Origin: a virus
Lineage: Duplodnaviria; Caudoviricetes
Reading direction: 5' to 3' (one strand)
DNA length: 64,000 nucleotides
Virus record (IMG/VR): IMGVR_UViG_3300020431_000005
Location: 1 to 64,000 of that record
Under the pieces are notes generated by a model. It did not search any database. It was given only the letters and a program-made list of their open reading frames with translations, and had not been told where the DNA came from. A program made the translations under genes and the position numbers. Shown here piece by piece: positions 9,301 through 18,879 of the stretch; within the stretch, counting starts at the first letter, position 1; each line of letters opens with the position of its first letter.

Positions 9301-12300
9301 GATAATGTTATTGTTCTTAAAAATGTTTCAGGAATATTTGATAATACCGGAACTTTTTCTGCTGCGACTAAAACATTTATCTTAGTATTAGATCAGGACA
9401 GTTCATATACTAAAGGTGCTATTTTAAGTCTCACCGATGGAATTAATATTCCAATTGCTACAGGTGAAGTTTTAGAGGGAACTAGCAGACAAAATACTGT
9501 ACAGATTAAAGTTCTTACTGGTACTTGGGGTCTCGATGAAGATTATTTCTTACAGTCAAATAATCTATTCAATACTTCTGGAACTAAGATAACGGTTATT
9601 ACTTCACTTAGTGATAACTTAGAACCATTTGAGGTTAATCAAAGTGTTGCATTGATAGAAACTGATGCAAACCATGGTCTTGGTGTTGGTGATATTGTAA
9701 ATATCGATATCAATCCAGATGATACAACTAAAACAAAAACTTACTATGTAAGAAAAAGATTATATCAGAATGTACAATTTAGATCTTTTTCTAGCGAATC
9801 AACAATTAATTACAGTGGTGTAGGAAGATTTACTAATTTAAATGGTGGTGCTGATTATACTGAAGGTGTGTATACTAACATTCCTTTAACTGGAGGGTCT
9901 GGAGAAAATGCTACCGCAGCTATTACTGTATCTGCAGAAGGAGTCGTTAATGATATTCAATTAGAAGATGGTGGAAAAAATTATAGACGAGGAGATTTCC
10001 TTTCGGTTGATGATGATCAGTTAGGAAGATCTGGAGCATCCTTGTCTACTGCGCGTCTAACTCTTTACGTTGATCATTCTGGTGTTGGATCTCAATCATC
10101 TCAGATGAGACTTGCTAGTATTGATGGGTTCTCTGATGGGGATCTAATTAAAGTTGGAAGTGAGATTATTGAAATTTCTTCTATTACTGGTGATGTTCTT
10201 AACATTATTAGAGCACAAGAAGGAACAGAGGCAGTAAATCATTTTGATGGTGGGTTAGTACAGTTATACAAACCAAGATATAATTTCACACCGGATTTTC
10301 CTTTAACAAATACCAATGGAACTGGGTATATCAGATCATACGATCCAGATACACAAAAGGCAGTCATTGTATTTGATTATGATATTAATTTTGCTGATGC
10401 TACAAAAGTTGTAAATAGCACGTCATTTTTTGATACCAGTAGTCCAAATAGATTAGTACGAGTTCAATCAGTAGAGACTGCGGCATCTAAGTTTGAGATT
10501 TCTTCTGATAACATTAACTTTACACCAAATCCAGATTTAGATATTCAGGAATACTACAAGTATATTTTTGATACATCACACTCTTCAATGACTGGTGTCG
10601 AATTTAACTTAAGTCCAAGTAGAAATTATAATTTATTAACTCTTGAGCAAATTGTCTCATCTGTAGTTCCAGGAAATGTTGGATCTTTCGTTGATGTCAA
10701 ATTTGGATTTGGTTCTAGATTAGCACAAAATAATTACAATGTCAAAAAGAAAACTAATTTCTCAAGTTTTTATTATTTTGATAAAAATAGTACTGTAGAT
10801 GCAGAAGAAGCAAAATTAAATATTATACAGGATCCATTACAAGGAAATACAACTGTAAATTATGTAACATCTAATAGATTTGTTTATGATATTTCATCCA
10901 CACCACTATGGGATGGTTCTGGGGATATTACTTATACAACTACAGGTCAATTTGCTGTTGGAAAGATTAATCGTATTGGTATCATCAATTTTGGTTTAAA
11001 TTATAAAAAACTTCCTGTTATTACAGGAGTAGATACTAATAAAGATTTTAGAGGTGAAGCTACAGTAAGATTTGATAGTTCCACAAATACTATTATTGGG
11101 GTAGATATTGAAAATAAAGGTTCTAATTATGTAAACCCAATAACAGTTATCACTGATGGTGATGGAACTGAGGCAAGATTTAATACTGTTGCTAGAAATG
11201 GAGAATTGTTCTCTATTACTGTAGAAAGTCCTGGAAAAAATTATACATATCCACCTACAGTTAGAATTATTGAAGGTGCTGTAAAGTTATATGCTAGCAG
11301 CAGTGAAATTGGTATGCCAAGAAGTGTATCGATCATCCGGAATGGTGGTGCATATCATTTAGACCAAACAGTAGCATCTAAGATTACTTCTAAGTATGCT
11401 ATTAGTTTAACTAATATTTCCGGAGATTTCCAAAAGGGAGAAGTAGTAGAGCAAGTTATTAATTCGGTAGTTGTCTTCAGAGCATATGTTTCTGAGTGGA
11501 GATTTGGTTCTAATATTCTAAAGTTAGAAGATACTTTTGGTATTATTAGAGAAAATCTTCCTTTGTATGGAAGAGCATCTTTTTCTACTGGTGTAGTAAA
11601 ATCAGTATACTTAACGACTTTCAAAAATCAGATTACAAGTTTTTATGATAACTTAGGATTTTATACTTCAGATAAGGGTAGGTTAGGAGTAGCAAATCAA
11701 AAACTAACTGACAGTTTCTTCTATCAAGACTATTCTTATGTCGTAAAATCTAAGACTTCTATTGAACAGTGGAGAGACCTAATAAAATCTACCACACATC
11801 CTGCCGGATTTAAATTATTTGGACAGGTTGATATTGAAGGAGATGGCACCATAAAGATGCCAAATAATCTCAAAAATAAAGCAAGTCATTTTACTTCAAT
11901 TCAACTTTGGGATCCTGATAAAAATAAAATTACAAGTGATATAAAGCAAAGAGTTGTAAGTCAGACTATACAAAGAGTAGAAAATACAAGAATACGAAAA
12001 GGGCAAGGTTCGGCCGCGACATCCGAGTTTAATTTTAATGAAACTCGTGGATTTGATTTTACTCTAGGTTCTTCTTTTGATGGATACTTTGATACTGATG
12101 GTAGATTACAAGGAACTACTACATTTACACTATTCGATGATTTAGGAGCTCCTTTCTTTCCTGTTAGTTCTAAAAATCTTATTATTACTTTAGATGGTAT
12201 TTTACAAGAACCAGATGTTGCATATACCATAAATGCAAATCAAATTACATTTGCACAACCTCCACTTGGAAATAATGTAAAACTAACGGGTCAAAGTTCT

Positions 12301-15300
12301 GGTGCTGTAACTTCTTATAATGGAGTTAAATTCTACGGTAGAAACTTTAGTTTCAATCAAAATCAATACAATCAAAGATACATTAGGAAGATTAGAAATA
12401 TTTTCCAAAGAAATGGAAGATGGATTGATGCAGCTAATCAAATCGAAAGAAATAAAACTTTTATTATTCGCGAAACACTTGGATATGCACAAGCAAACTA
12501 TTCTGTAATTGATTGGAGAACTAAATTAGATGATTATACAGGTGATATTGGATACATTTTAGATGCTTACATTCACGATTTAAGATTTGGTGGAAATGCC
12601 AAAGTAGTAAATTATGCAGAAATATTTGCAAATACTGATTATATTAGTAAAAACAAAACAGAATCTTTAGACATCTATAATTATGCAACTAGACTCGCAA
12701 GAATTGCAATAAGAAATTGGGATTATACTGATCCAACTGTTTCATATCTACAGGGTTCCACCAAAATTAACGTTACTAATAGCAACGATTTGGCAATTGG
12801 AATGCATGTCAGTTCTGGCAGAGCATTTCCACTAGGAACTAAAATTATTGCAATTGATAGTTTAACAAGAGTTACAGTTGATTCTCCTGCTTTATCGAAC
12901 TCTGGTTCTTCTGGTGGTGCATCAGTAGCAGAAACTAATTTGGATGGTTCTTCTGGTGGTCAGGGTGGATTTGTTGTTCCCACTAGTGTTGCTAGCATCT
13001 TACCAGGAAATACTTTTTCAGTAGAACCAGGAGATGTAATTGTATCTCCGTTATCTTTCTCTGGTATTGAAAGTGCTACGTTTTATCTAAGTGCTATTAA
13101 TACCGGTACTTTCTATGACGCATCGAATTTAATTTCCAAAAATATTCAGTTGATTGCTCAAAAATCAATTGAAGATGCTGATAATATTATGAATAATAAG
13201 TATGGAATACAATATCTAGAATATACAAATTATACACAAAATCATTGGTATAATTTAGAACAATATATTAATGCTGTTGTATATCATTTTAGGTTTGGCG
13301 GAAACTCAAAAATTACTTCTTTTTGGGAGAAAGTTGATTTTAGGATTCCAACAAACACAACGATTGGATTGCCATCGGGTGATACTGATTTAGGGAACGG
13401 ACAAACTTTCCAGCAATATCATGAAGAGATGCATGCAACTGCGTTATTTGCCGCTACCACTTACATGGTTGATGCAATGCGTAATAATCTGACTGTAGCA
13501 TCGGATGATTACTCAAATCTAAACTTAGTACCATTTATTGACTCTGCTGTTGCGGCAGATACACAGTTTCCTTTCTGTGTGGAAGTAGAATCTGCATTGC
13601 AAACAATGCAAGATATTCTTTATGCATCTATAAAGTATGATTCTAGCACAACATATACAGGACCAGTAGATCCTACACCAGAAAATGAAAACAAAAAAGG
13701 ATACTGGACTCAACTAATAACATATTCAAACTACAATATTATTCCTGATACGCAATATCCAGTAGGAGAATGCAATGATGTAATTTCATCTGTTGATTTG
13801 TTCTTGGATAATATAAAAGATATTTTTGACGACATTGATATAGTTCTAACTACACCAGACTATATTGATGGAGAAACAAAATCATTTGACTTATATTGGA
13901 GTAATGGAGATCCAGTAATCAGCGAAAAAGACGAGAATCTTTTATTGACTATTAATGCAGTTTTGCAAGAAACTAAATTTAATGCTTCATACCCTGGTGA
14001 TGATTCATACTATATCGATAGAACTGTTGTACCAAATAAATTAGTATTTGATGTTGCTCCTATTTGGGATCAGGATGCGGGTGCAAAAACTCTTGGAGAA
14101 CCAACTGCAGTTGAAAAAGTTGCTGGCGTTGGTATTGGTAATTATAAAAGATTAACAATTGATAAAAATTTAGTCAATAATGTAAGGTCTAGTCCATTCT
14201 TGATCTTAGATCTGGAAGATTTAACTGTACAAAATATTGATGAACCAGACTACTTACTAGTATTTGTTGATGGAGTTCTACAAGTACAAGGTGATAGTTA
14301 CACTGTATCTGGTCCCAATATCTTCTTTACATTTCCGATTACAAAACAAATGAAGGTTGACATGCGCTACCTTTATGGTAGAGATGTTGGTCAAATCCTA
14401 AACATCTATGATTATAATCCTGATGTATACTATGCACAATCTAAAGTTAGATTAGAGACTACTTCAGGAATGAGCGATTTTGTTGCTGGAGTTTGGGCAG
14501 GTCCATATAGAGGTAGTGCTCCATTACAAATCGTGCAATTTGCACCTAACAATAAGTTAATTGTTATTGGTCAAATTAAAGATTATAGCATTACTGGTAA
14601 CACTTTTGATATTAGTGTTTTTGGTAATAAAGCAGCGTTAGATCCTACATTGGATGTTGTATTCGTTGTAAAAGGACAGTATAATTACTATACATCATTT
14701 ACTATTGATTATTCACAATCTTCAATTACATACGAAACAGATGAAAATGGTAGACTTCTTTTAAGGGGCAATGATCAAGTTTGGCGTGGTACATATTTAA
14801 GAAACACATATAAGAATCCATTCCTGAGTCTTTCTAATAATACTAAAATTAGAGTAGAAGGTCAAGAAAATTTCAGAAAAATCAAAAAACTGCCGGGACA
14901 GTTAACTACCAAAGAAGAGAGATACGAAGAATCATTATCCAATTCATATTATGGTTTTGTTGAAATTGATTCGTATAATGGTATTACTAGAGGTGAAGGT
15001 CTCAGTATTGTTGCAGAAATCCAAAATGGTTCTGTTGTAGGTCTAACTTGGAATCAACGTAGTTATGATCCTATTACACAACCTACTGCATATCAATATT
15101 ATACTCCACCAGTAATTAACTTTGTACCTAGAAATGGTAATGGTGGTGGTGCATCTGCCAAGGTTCTTGTAAGTAAAGGTCAAGTCATTAGTGTTGATCT
15201 TGTTAGTGGTGGTAGTGGGTATACTGAAGCACCACAAGTAATCGTTGCACGTAGATATGATGTTCTAGAAGAAACAGATATTGGCGTATCTGTAATTAAT

Positions 15301-16878
15301 TGTGGCATTCATCAGGAAGCAATTCTTACAACGTCTGGATTCTCTACTGTTTCTATCTTAGGCAATGCACTTTCTGGCGTCAATACATTTACGTCTCTTC
15401 TGTTTAACAGTCCAACTGATGTTAGTAAGAAAATTTCCGCAGAAATTCAACTTGTAGAAGCATGTAGTCAAGATCTATCTGCTGGTTTAGTAGGACCTCT
15501 ACTCAAGATAGATGACTTTTTCTATGATGATACTATTCCAGGAACTCTGGTGTATGAGAAAACACAAGTTGATATTACTGTTGCCTCTCTGTCTCAGAAT
15601 CTCAATGTATTCTCGATTGATACTTCTAGACAAATTACAACAACACTATCCAACTTAATTAATAATACCGCATTATCTAACACAAATTACTATGAAGTTG
15701 CGGCATTCTTGGATCTTCAACTTGATCCGGGTGAAAATATTATTTACATTGCTGATACAACTAAGTTCAAATCTAATGGATACCTATTAATTGGAACCGA
15801 AATTGTACGTTATTTACGTAAGATAAATGATCGTTTCTTGGCGGTAGAGAGAGCTCAGAAGGGCACTACCGAACAGACATGGGTAGCAGGAACTTATATC
15901 AGACAAATTCCTGATCCAGTATCTGCAGTATACTCTGGCGTCATTGCTGTTGAATCCGAATCTCAAGTCATGACTTTGAGAGGCGGTTCCGAAATTGGAG
16001 GAACTGAAAGGAAATATCAACAACAAATTATTACTCCAATCAACACAATTCAAAATACGCATAGAGTAATTGAATTTCAGTTGCAGATTGGTGTTACCAT
16101 TGATAGTTCTTTCTCCATATCAACTCAGGTCAAGTATAAACTTGAGCAACCACATACTGCGGTTACTCCATCATCATTATCATATCAAGCAACTGTAATT
16201 TCTGCAGAAATTCAAAATGTAAGTTCGCAGTTTGTTCAAAAAGCATCTACCGAAGTATTAATTATTCCTCCAGCAAGCGGAGTTGTTGATGGATATAGAG
16301 AAGTTATTTTCATTACTGATCCAATTGAAACAAGAGTAAATGGATTTGTGAATATATCAAATGATTATGGTGTAACTAGAAGAGATAACACAACTATCTT
16401 TGTTACTAATTCTGTATCTGGTGTTTCATCAGAATATATTGGTAATTACACCAGGACCAATGTTGGTCCTACTATAGGAAACTTCTATAATTCATATGAT
16501 AGTGGTACTGCAGATGTATCTGGATTAACTATTGAGATGCTTTCCGCATATTATGCGTCATTAACACTACAAGATTTTGTTGATAGAAAAGATTCTAGTT
16601 ATACAATTTCTGGAATTAAATTCAATCTAGGAAATCCATCAATTCAAAATCCTGTTACCTTGATTTCTTCGTCTAATCCTCAAACTTCTATTGTTGGATA
16701 TCCATCTATTTCGGTTCTAAATACTGTATACTTCCCGGATTCTGGTTATCTATTCAGTGATGATGGAAGTGTAATTCAATACACTTCTAAAACTACTGTT
16801 TCTTTTGAAGGATGTACTCTACTAAGAGGACCAGATATTCTTACAACATACTCACAGGTAGTTCCGTTTACAATTTAA
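6304..16878 (+). CDS. g7: giant baseplate wedge initiator gp7-like protein (3524 aa)
   Basis: position between gp6 and gp8; FYKSKGT and DSFFYQDYSYV...HPAGF motifs; YHYH-family domain; GSGYT..P.V repeats. Confidence 0.8.
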   Translation: MNVKTKRISTLIESQLPEFIATEYELFGKFIKKYYESQEIQGGPLDVINNIQKYSDIDFYEKNILKQNDKLSTTISSADTTITLLDASSFPKNDGYVRIDNEIIFYRNRTDTQLLNCVRGVSGNTKLGDLYENSSFVTTESAVHNANKEVYNVSNLFLYAFVKNFENQYLGSFPEKYLKGEVDKRTLIKNITQFYKSKGTDSSIKFVFNTIIAKDTENKPEVYKPRDFTYKASESDWINVYALKVKVISGNPTDLIGLPIVQSSDDQIGYASATVDNVYADGTSDGEQIWNIVLAPETVNGSFEISTKTRLEKAIGSGDGAGTKINVFSTVGLDSFGKILINSEIIEYDDKNVVQFNILKRGVLPENHAVGDSVYKPVIINGTGVELLTLGVVYNLEAVDAQPFASVDDSIEISNPGFETDNPKIVEFGTNVSRWIFDTGSAVTSQTNPNITSSLNDVPNNVSAIFEDDQYYYITSSSFPSYNIFDGSKPEQTLNDQKLLKIIRKTSVITTEVYKTPKRDVGLLINGVPLYSFRDSESLRYGKLEEIQVSSRGRNYKRPPFVLIDGVPNKATAFLNGEVVDRIEVNTGAIFTRTPNVEIVSGRKAKIRAVVTGGKITSLVIDNPGEFYSSAPIVQIRDLSGRGRFAEYIAIVDTEGKITGFEQKSEGSFYVQENVVVDILTVGEGATSTPYLKEWNKNRFVSLQTELDTEFGYVFENFDSIQNYGYGQIANPKKLRVSLGDNIDSAGAEPTVKTHSPILGFAYDGNPIYGPFGHQDPLNSNSSIVRMTSSYSLTGSRTAGPSLAQYPLGSFVDDYTYSHRSGSLDKNNGRFCITPDFPDGTYAYFITIDSNQVPQFPYILGENFYSLPVDSNYNSPINHNDIPKSAKRFYTAGMPGNGAGLLAKISDVKSGTVESVYVEDSSDNFSVNSQLFFDNLNTEGSDAEAIVSEVQGKTVSYLQSRENKVVKLTTIQNAYLFQDDILTQPSSSASGQIVGTVRNDNVIVLKNVSGIFDNTGTFSAATKTFILVLDQDSSYTKGAILSLTDGINIPIATGEVLEGTSRQNTVQIKVLTGTWGLDEDYFLQSNNLFNTSGTKITVITSLSDNLEPFEVNQSVALIETDANHGLGVGDIVNIDINPDDTTKTKTYYVRKRLYQNVQFRSFSSESTINYSGVGRFTNLNGGADYTEGVYTNIPLTGGSGENATAAITVSAEGVVNDIQLEDGGKNYRRGDFLSVDDDQLGRSGASLSTARLTLYVDHSGVGSQSSQMRLASIDGFSDGDLIKVGSEIIEISSITGDVLNIIRAQEGTEAVNHFDGGLVQLYKPRYNFTPDFPLTNTNGTGYIRSYDPDTQKAVIVFDYDINFADATKVVNSTSFFDTSSPNRLVRVQSVETAASKFEISSDNINFTPNPDLDIQEYYKYIFDTSHSSMTGVEFNLSPSRNYNLLTLEQIVSSVVPGNVGSFVDVKFGFGSRLAQNNYNVKKKTNFSSFYYFDKNSTVDAEEAKLNIIQDPLQGNTTVNYVTSNRFVYDISSTPLWDGSGDITYTTTGQFAVGKINRIGIINFGLNYKKLPVITGVDTNKDFRGEATVRFDSSTNTIIGVDIENKGSNYVNPITVITDGDGTEARFNTVARNGELFSITVESPGKNYTYPPTVRIIEGAVKLYASSSEIGMPRSVSIIRNGGAYHLDQTVASKITSKYAISLTNISGDFQKGEVVEQVINSVVVFRAYVSEWRFGSNILKLEDTFGIIRENLPLYGRASFSTGVVKSVYLTTFKNQITSFYDNLGFYTSDKGRLGVANQKLTDSFFYQDYSYVVKSKTSIEQWRDLIKSTTHPAGFKLFGQVDIEGDGTIKMPNNLKNKASHFTSIQLWDPDKNKITSDIKQRVVSQTIQRVENTRIRKGQGSAATSEFNFNETRGFDFTLGSSFDGYFDTDGRLQGTTTFTLFDDLGAPFFPVSSKNLIITLDGILQEPDVAYTINANQITFAQPPLGNNVKLTGQSSGAVTSYNGVKFYGRNFSFNQNQYNQRYIRKIRNIFQRNGRWIDAANQIERNKTFIIRETLGYAQANYSVIDWRTKLDDYTGDIGYILDAYIHDLRFGGNAKVVNYAEIFANTDYISKNKTESLDIYNYATRLARIAIRNWDYTDPTVSYLQGSTKINVTNSNDLAIGMHVSSGRAFPLGTKIIAIDSLTRVTVDSPALSNSGSSGGASVAETNLDGSSGGQGGFVVPTSVASILPGNTFSVEPGDVIVSPLSFSGIESATFYLSAINTGTFYDASNLISKNIQLIAQKSIEDADNIMNNKYGIQYLEYTNYTQNHWYNLEQYINAVVYHFRFGGNSKITSFWEKVDFRIPTNTTIGLPSGDTDLGNGQTFQQYHEEMHATALFAATTYMVDAMRNNLTVASDDYSNLNLVPFIDSAVAADTQFPFCVEVESALQTMQDILYASIKYDSSTTYTGPVDPTPENENKKGYWTQLITYSNYNIIPDTQYPVGECNDVISSVDLFLDNIKDIFDDIDIVLTTPDYIDGETKSFDLYWSNGDPVISEKDENLLLTINAVLQETKFNASYPGDDSYYIDRTVVPNKLVFDVAPIWDQDAGAKTLGEPTAVEKVAGVGIGNYKRLTIDKNLVNNVRSSPFLILDLEDLTVQNIDEPDYLLVFVDGVLQVQGDSYTVSGPNIFFTFPITKQMKVDMRYLYGRDVGQILNIYDYNPDVYYAQSKVRLETTSGMSDFVAGVWAGPYRGSAPLQIVQFAPNNKLIVIGQIKDYSITGNTFDISVFGNKAALDPTLDVVFVVKGQYNYYTSFTIDYSQSSITYETDENGRLLLRGNDQVWRGTYLRNTYKNPFLSLSNNTKIRVEGQENFRKIKKLPGQLTTKEERYEESLSNSYYGFVEIDSYNGITRGEGLSIVAEIQNGSVVGLTWNQRSYDPITQPTAYQYYTPPVINFVPRNGNGGGASAKVLVSKGQVISVDLVSGGSGYTEAPQVIVARRYDVLEETDIGVSVINCGIHQEAILTTSGFSTVSILGNALSGVNTFTSLLFNSPTDVSKKISAEIQLVEACSQDLSAGLVGPLLKIDDFFYDDTIPGTLVYEKTQVDITVASLSQNLNVFSIDTSRQITTTLSNLINNTALSNTNYYEVAAFLDLQLDPGENIIYIADTTKFKSNGYLLIGTEIVRYLRKINDRFLAVERAQKGTTEQTWVAGTYIRQIPDPVSAVYSGVIAVESESQVMTLRGGSEIGGTERKYQQQIITPINTIQNTHRVIEFQLQIGVTIDSSFSISTQVKYKLEQPHTAVTPSSLSYQATVISAEIQNVSSQFVQKASTEVLIIPPASGVVDGYREVIFITDPIETRVNGFVNISNDYGVTRRDNTTIFVTNSVSGVSSEYIGNYTRTNVGPTIGNFYNSYDSGTADVSGLTIEMLSAYYASLTLQDFVDRKDSSYTISGIKFNLGNPSIQNPVTLISSSNPQTSIVGYPSISVLNTVYFPDSGYLFSDDGSVIQYTSKTTVSFEGCTLLRGPDILTTYSQVVPFTI

Positions 16879-16887
16879 TTAAAACGG

Positions 16888-16901
16888 TATAAATATAAAT
16901 A
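16888..16901 (+). promoter_or_regulatory. tandem T4 late promoters
   Basis: overlapping TATAAATA at 16888-16895 and 16894-16901. Confidence 0.8.
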
Positions 16902-16937
16902 ACACAGGCACAAACCTTACGTCGGAACAGAAAACCA

Positions 16938-18779
16938 ATGGCTGCTATTATCTCAGATAAGTTTAGAATTTTTAACGCTAAACAATTCCTGGAATCTCTT
17001 ACTGAAGGTCCTTCCGACACTAGTACAGAGCGATCGAGGATGTATTTCTTTGTGGGTCGTCCGCAACCATGGAGAGCATACTTAGAAGTATACTCCAAGA
17101 GCTCCACCAATTTTACTGTTGGTAATGAAGTATTCGTTGGAACATATGGTTCCTCAGCATTCCGTGCCACCGTTGCTGCAGTTTACGATAGTGCTCTTTA
17201 TCTTACCGACGTTTTTGGCAGTAATGGAACTAACTCAGTTCCTTCCACTGGAGATACTCTTTTAGAAACTGCTGATGCAGGATCTACTACGACAAGTGCC
17301 ACTGCTAAAACGGGAGTTTACCGTTATGCAACAGAAGAGATTCCGCCGCTTCCTTTGGATAACCAAAGAGAAAAAATTAACATTTATGACGAAATTATTG
17401 CTGCCAAGCGTATCACAGACGCTTTTGCAAGAACCGTCATCCGTCGCTATAACTGGGACGTAGTTGCAAACCCCAAATTTGACATGTGGAAGCCTGATTA
17501 CTCTGACACCCCAGGTGGCGGTGGTCAAGTAGGTAAATCAAGTGCTACTGGTCAAACTTCAATTGCAGATTCTAAGTTCTATGTAATGAACTCAGATTAC
17601 GAAATCTTTAAGTGTCTCTATAATGGTGAGACTCCTTCTAATCTATCAGGTCAAAACGCAACTGAAGAACCCCTAACTTCTGGCGGAAATTATGACGCTG
17701 CAACTGGCATTTACACAGAAACTAGTGGTGCTGGTTATATCTGGAAGTATATGTTCACCACCCCAACGGATGATGTTCTAAGATTCTTATCTTCGGACTT
17801 TATGCCGATTGTTCTTCCTTCAAATAACTCACGTACCAATGTTACAGCATTAGCAGTTGCTGGTGCTGTTGATGTCGTTCTAATTGAAGATGGTGGTTTA
17901 AACTTACCTGCTTCACAAACTCTATACTCTGCTATTGTTGGAGACGGCACTGGCGGTGTTGTTGAGTTTGCTACAGATGGTTCTGGCACTATTACTTCTG
18001 CAAGCATCCAATCTCGTGGGTCAGGTTATACTTATGCTAGCGTACTTCTTGCTAATGGCAACTTGTTCTCTGATGCTGGTCTAACCACTGCAGTTGGTAC
18101 TCCTGCAAACGCAGTTGCTGCTTTAGAACTAGTTTTACCTCCTCAAGGTGGTCATGGTTCGGATCATGAACTAGAACTCAATGGTAAGCGCGTGATGACT
18201 AATATCCGCTTAACTTATTCAGAAGGTTCTGGAGATTTCCCTGTTGATAACGACTTCCGTCGCATTGGCATCATTAAGGATCCATTAAACTTTGGAACTA
18301 CCGCATTTGCAACAGCAGATACACTAAGTGGTCTAAAAGCAATTAAGATTAATGGAGCAACTGCTGATTATATCCCCGATGAAACTATTACCCAAACAGT
18401 AACTGGTGGTACTGCATATGGCACAGTTGTTTCTTGGACTTTGGATAGTGGTTCGGTTGTGAACGGCGTTCTTAAGTACATCCAAACAGTTGACACACAT
18501 GTTGATCAGGGTGTTGTAAGAGCATTTGAAGCAAGTGGATCTAACGCTGTCTCCGGTGGTTTATCTGCTGCTGCTGGCAATGTAGACACTTCATATACCG
18601 GTGCGCTTTTAGGATCCACTTTCCAAACTGGTCTAGATTCCGCTAATCCAGGTGCTGGTGGACTGGCAACTCCAGAAATCAAAAATAACTCTGGAGATGT
18701 AATCTACCTAGAGAACCGTCGTTTGATCACTCGTGCTCCTGACCAAATTGAAGATATTAAACTAGTCATCGAATTCTGA
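16938..18779 (+). CDS. g8: baseplate wedge subunit gp8
   Basis: YFFVGRPQPW, FKCLYN, GYIWKYMF, FRRIGIIKDP and ENRRLITRAPDQIEDIKLVIEF. Confidence 0.9.
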   Translation: MAAIISDKFRIFNAKQFLESLTEGPSDTSTERSRMYFFVGRPQPWRAYLEVYSKSSTNFTVGNEVFVGTYGSSAFRATVAAVYDSALYLTDVFGSNGTNSVPSTGDTLLETADAGSTTTSATAKTGVYRYATEEIPPLPLDNQREKINIYDEIIAAKRITDAFARTVIRRYNWDVVANPKFDMWKPDYSDTPGGGGQVGKSSATGQTSIADSKFYVMNSDYEIFKCLYNGETPSNLSGQNATEEPLTSGGNYDAATGIYTETSGAGYIWKYMFTTPTDDVLRFLSSDFMPIVLPSNNSRTNVTALAVAGAVDVVLIEDGGLNLPASQTLYSAIVGDGTGGVVEFATDGSGTITSASIQSRGSGYTYASVLLANGNLFSDAGLTTAVGTPANAVAALELVLPPQGGHGSDHELELNGKRVMTNIRLTYSEGSGDFPVDNDFRRIGIIKDPLNFGTTAFATADTLSGLKAIKINGATADYIPDETITQTVTGGTAYGTVVSWTLDSGSVVNGVLKYIQTVDTHVDQGVVRAFEASGSNAVSGGLSAAAGNVDTSYTGALLGSTFQTGLDSANPGAGGLATPEIKNNSGDVIYLENRRLITRAPDQIEDIKLVIEF

Positions 18780-18797
18780 TCGAAATTAAATAACTTT

Positions 18798-18830
18798 AAA
18801 TCCCCTGAGATACCTCGGGGGATTTTTTTT
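18798..18830 (+). terminator. rho-independent terminator
   Basis: AAATCCCCTGAG-ATAC-CTCGGGGGATTT stem followed by a T-run. Confidence 0.9.
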
Positions 18831-18835
18831 ATCTC

Positions 18836-18843
18836 TATAAATA
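18836..18843 (+). promoter_or_regulatory. T4 late promoter
   Basis: TATAAATA immediately after the terminator. Confidence 0.85.
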
Positions 18844-18879
18844 CTAAGGACAAAGAATGCTAGTATTTGGCGGAAAACG

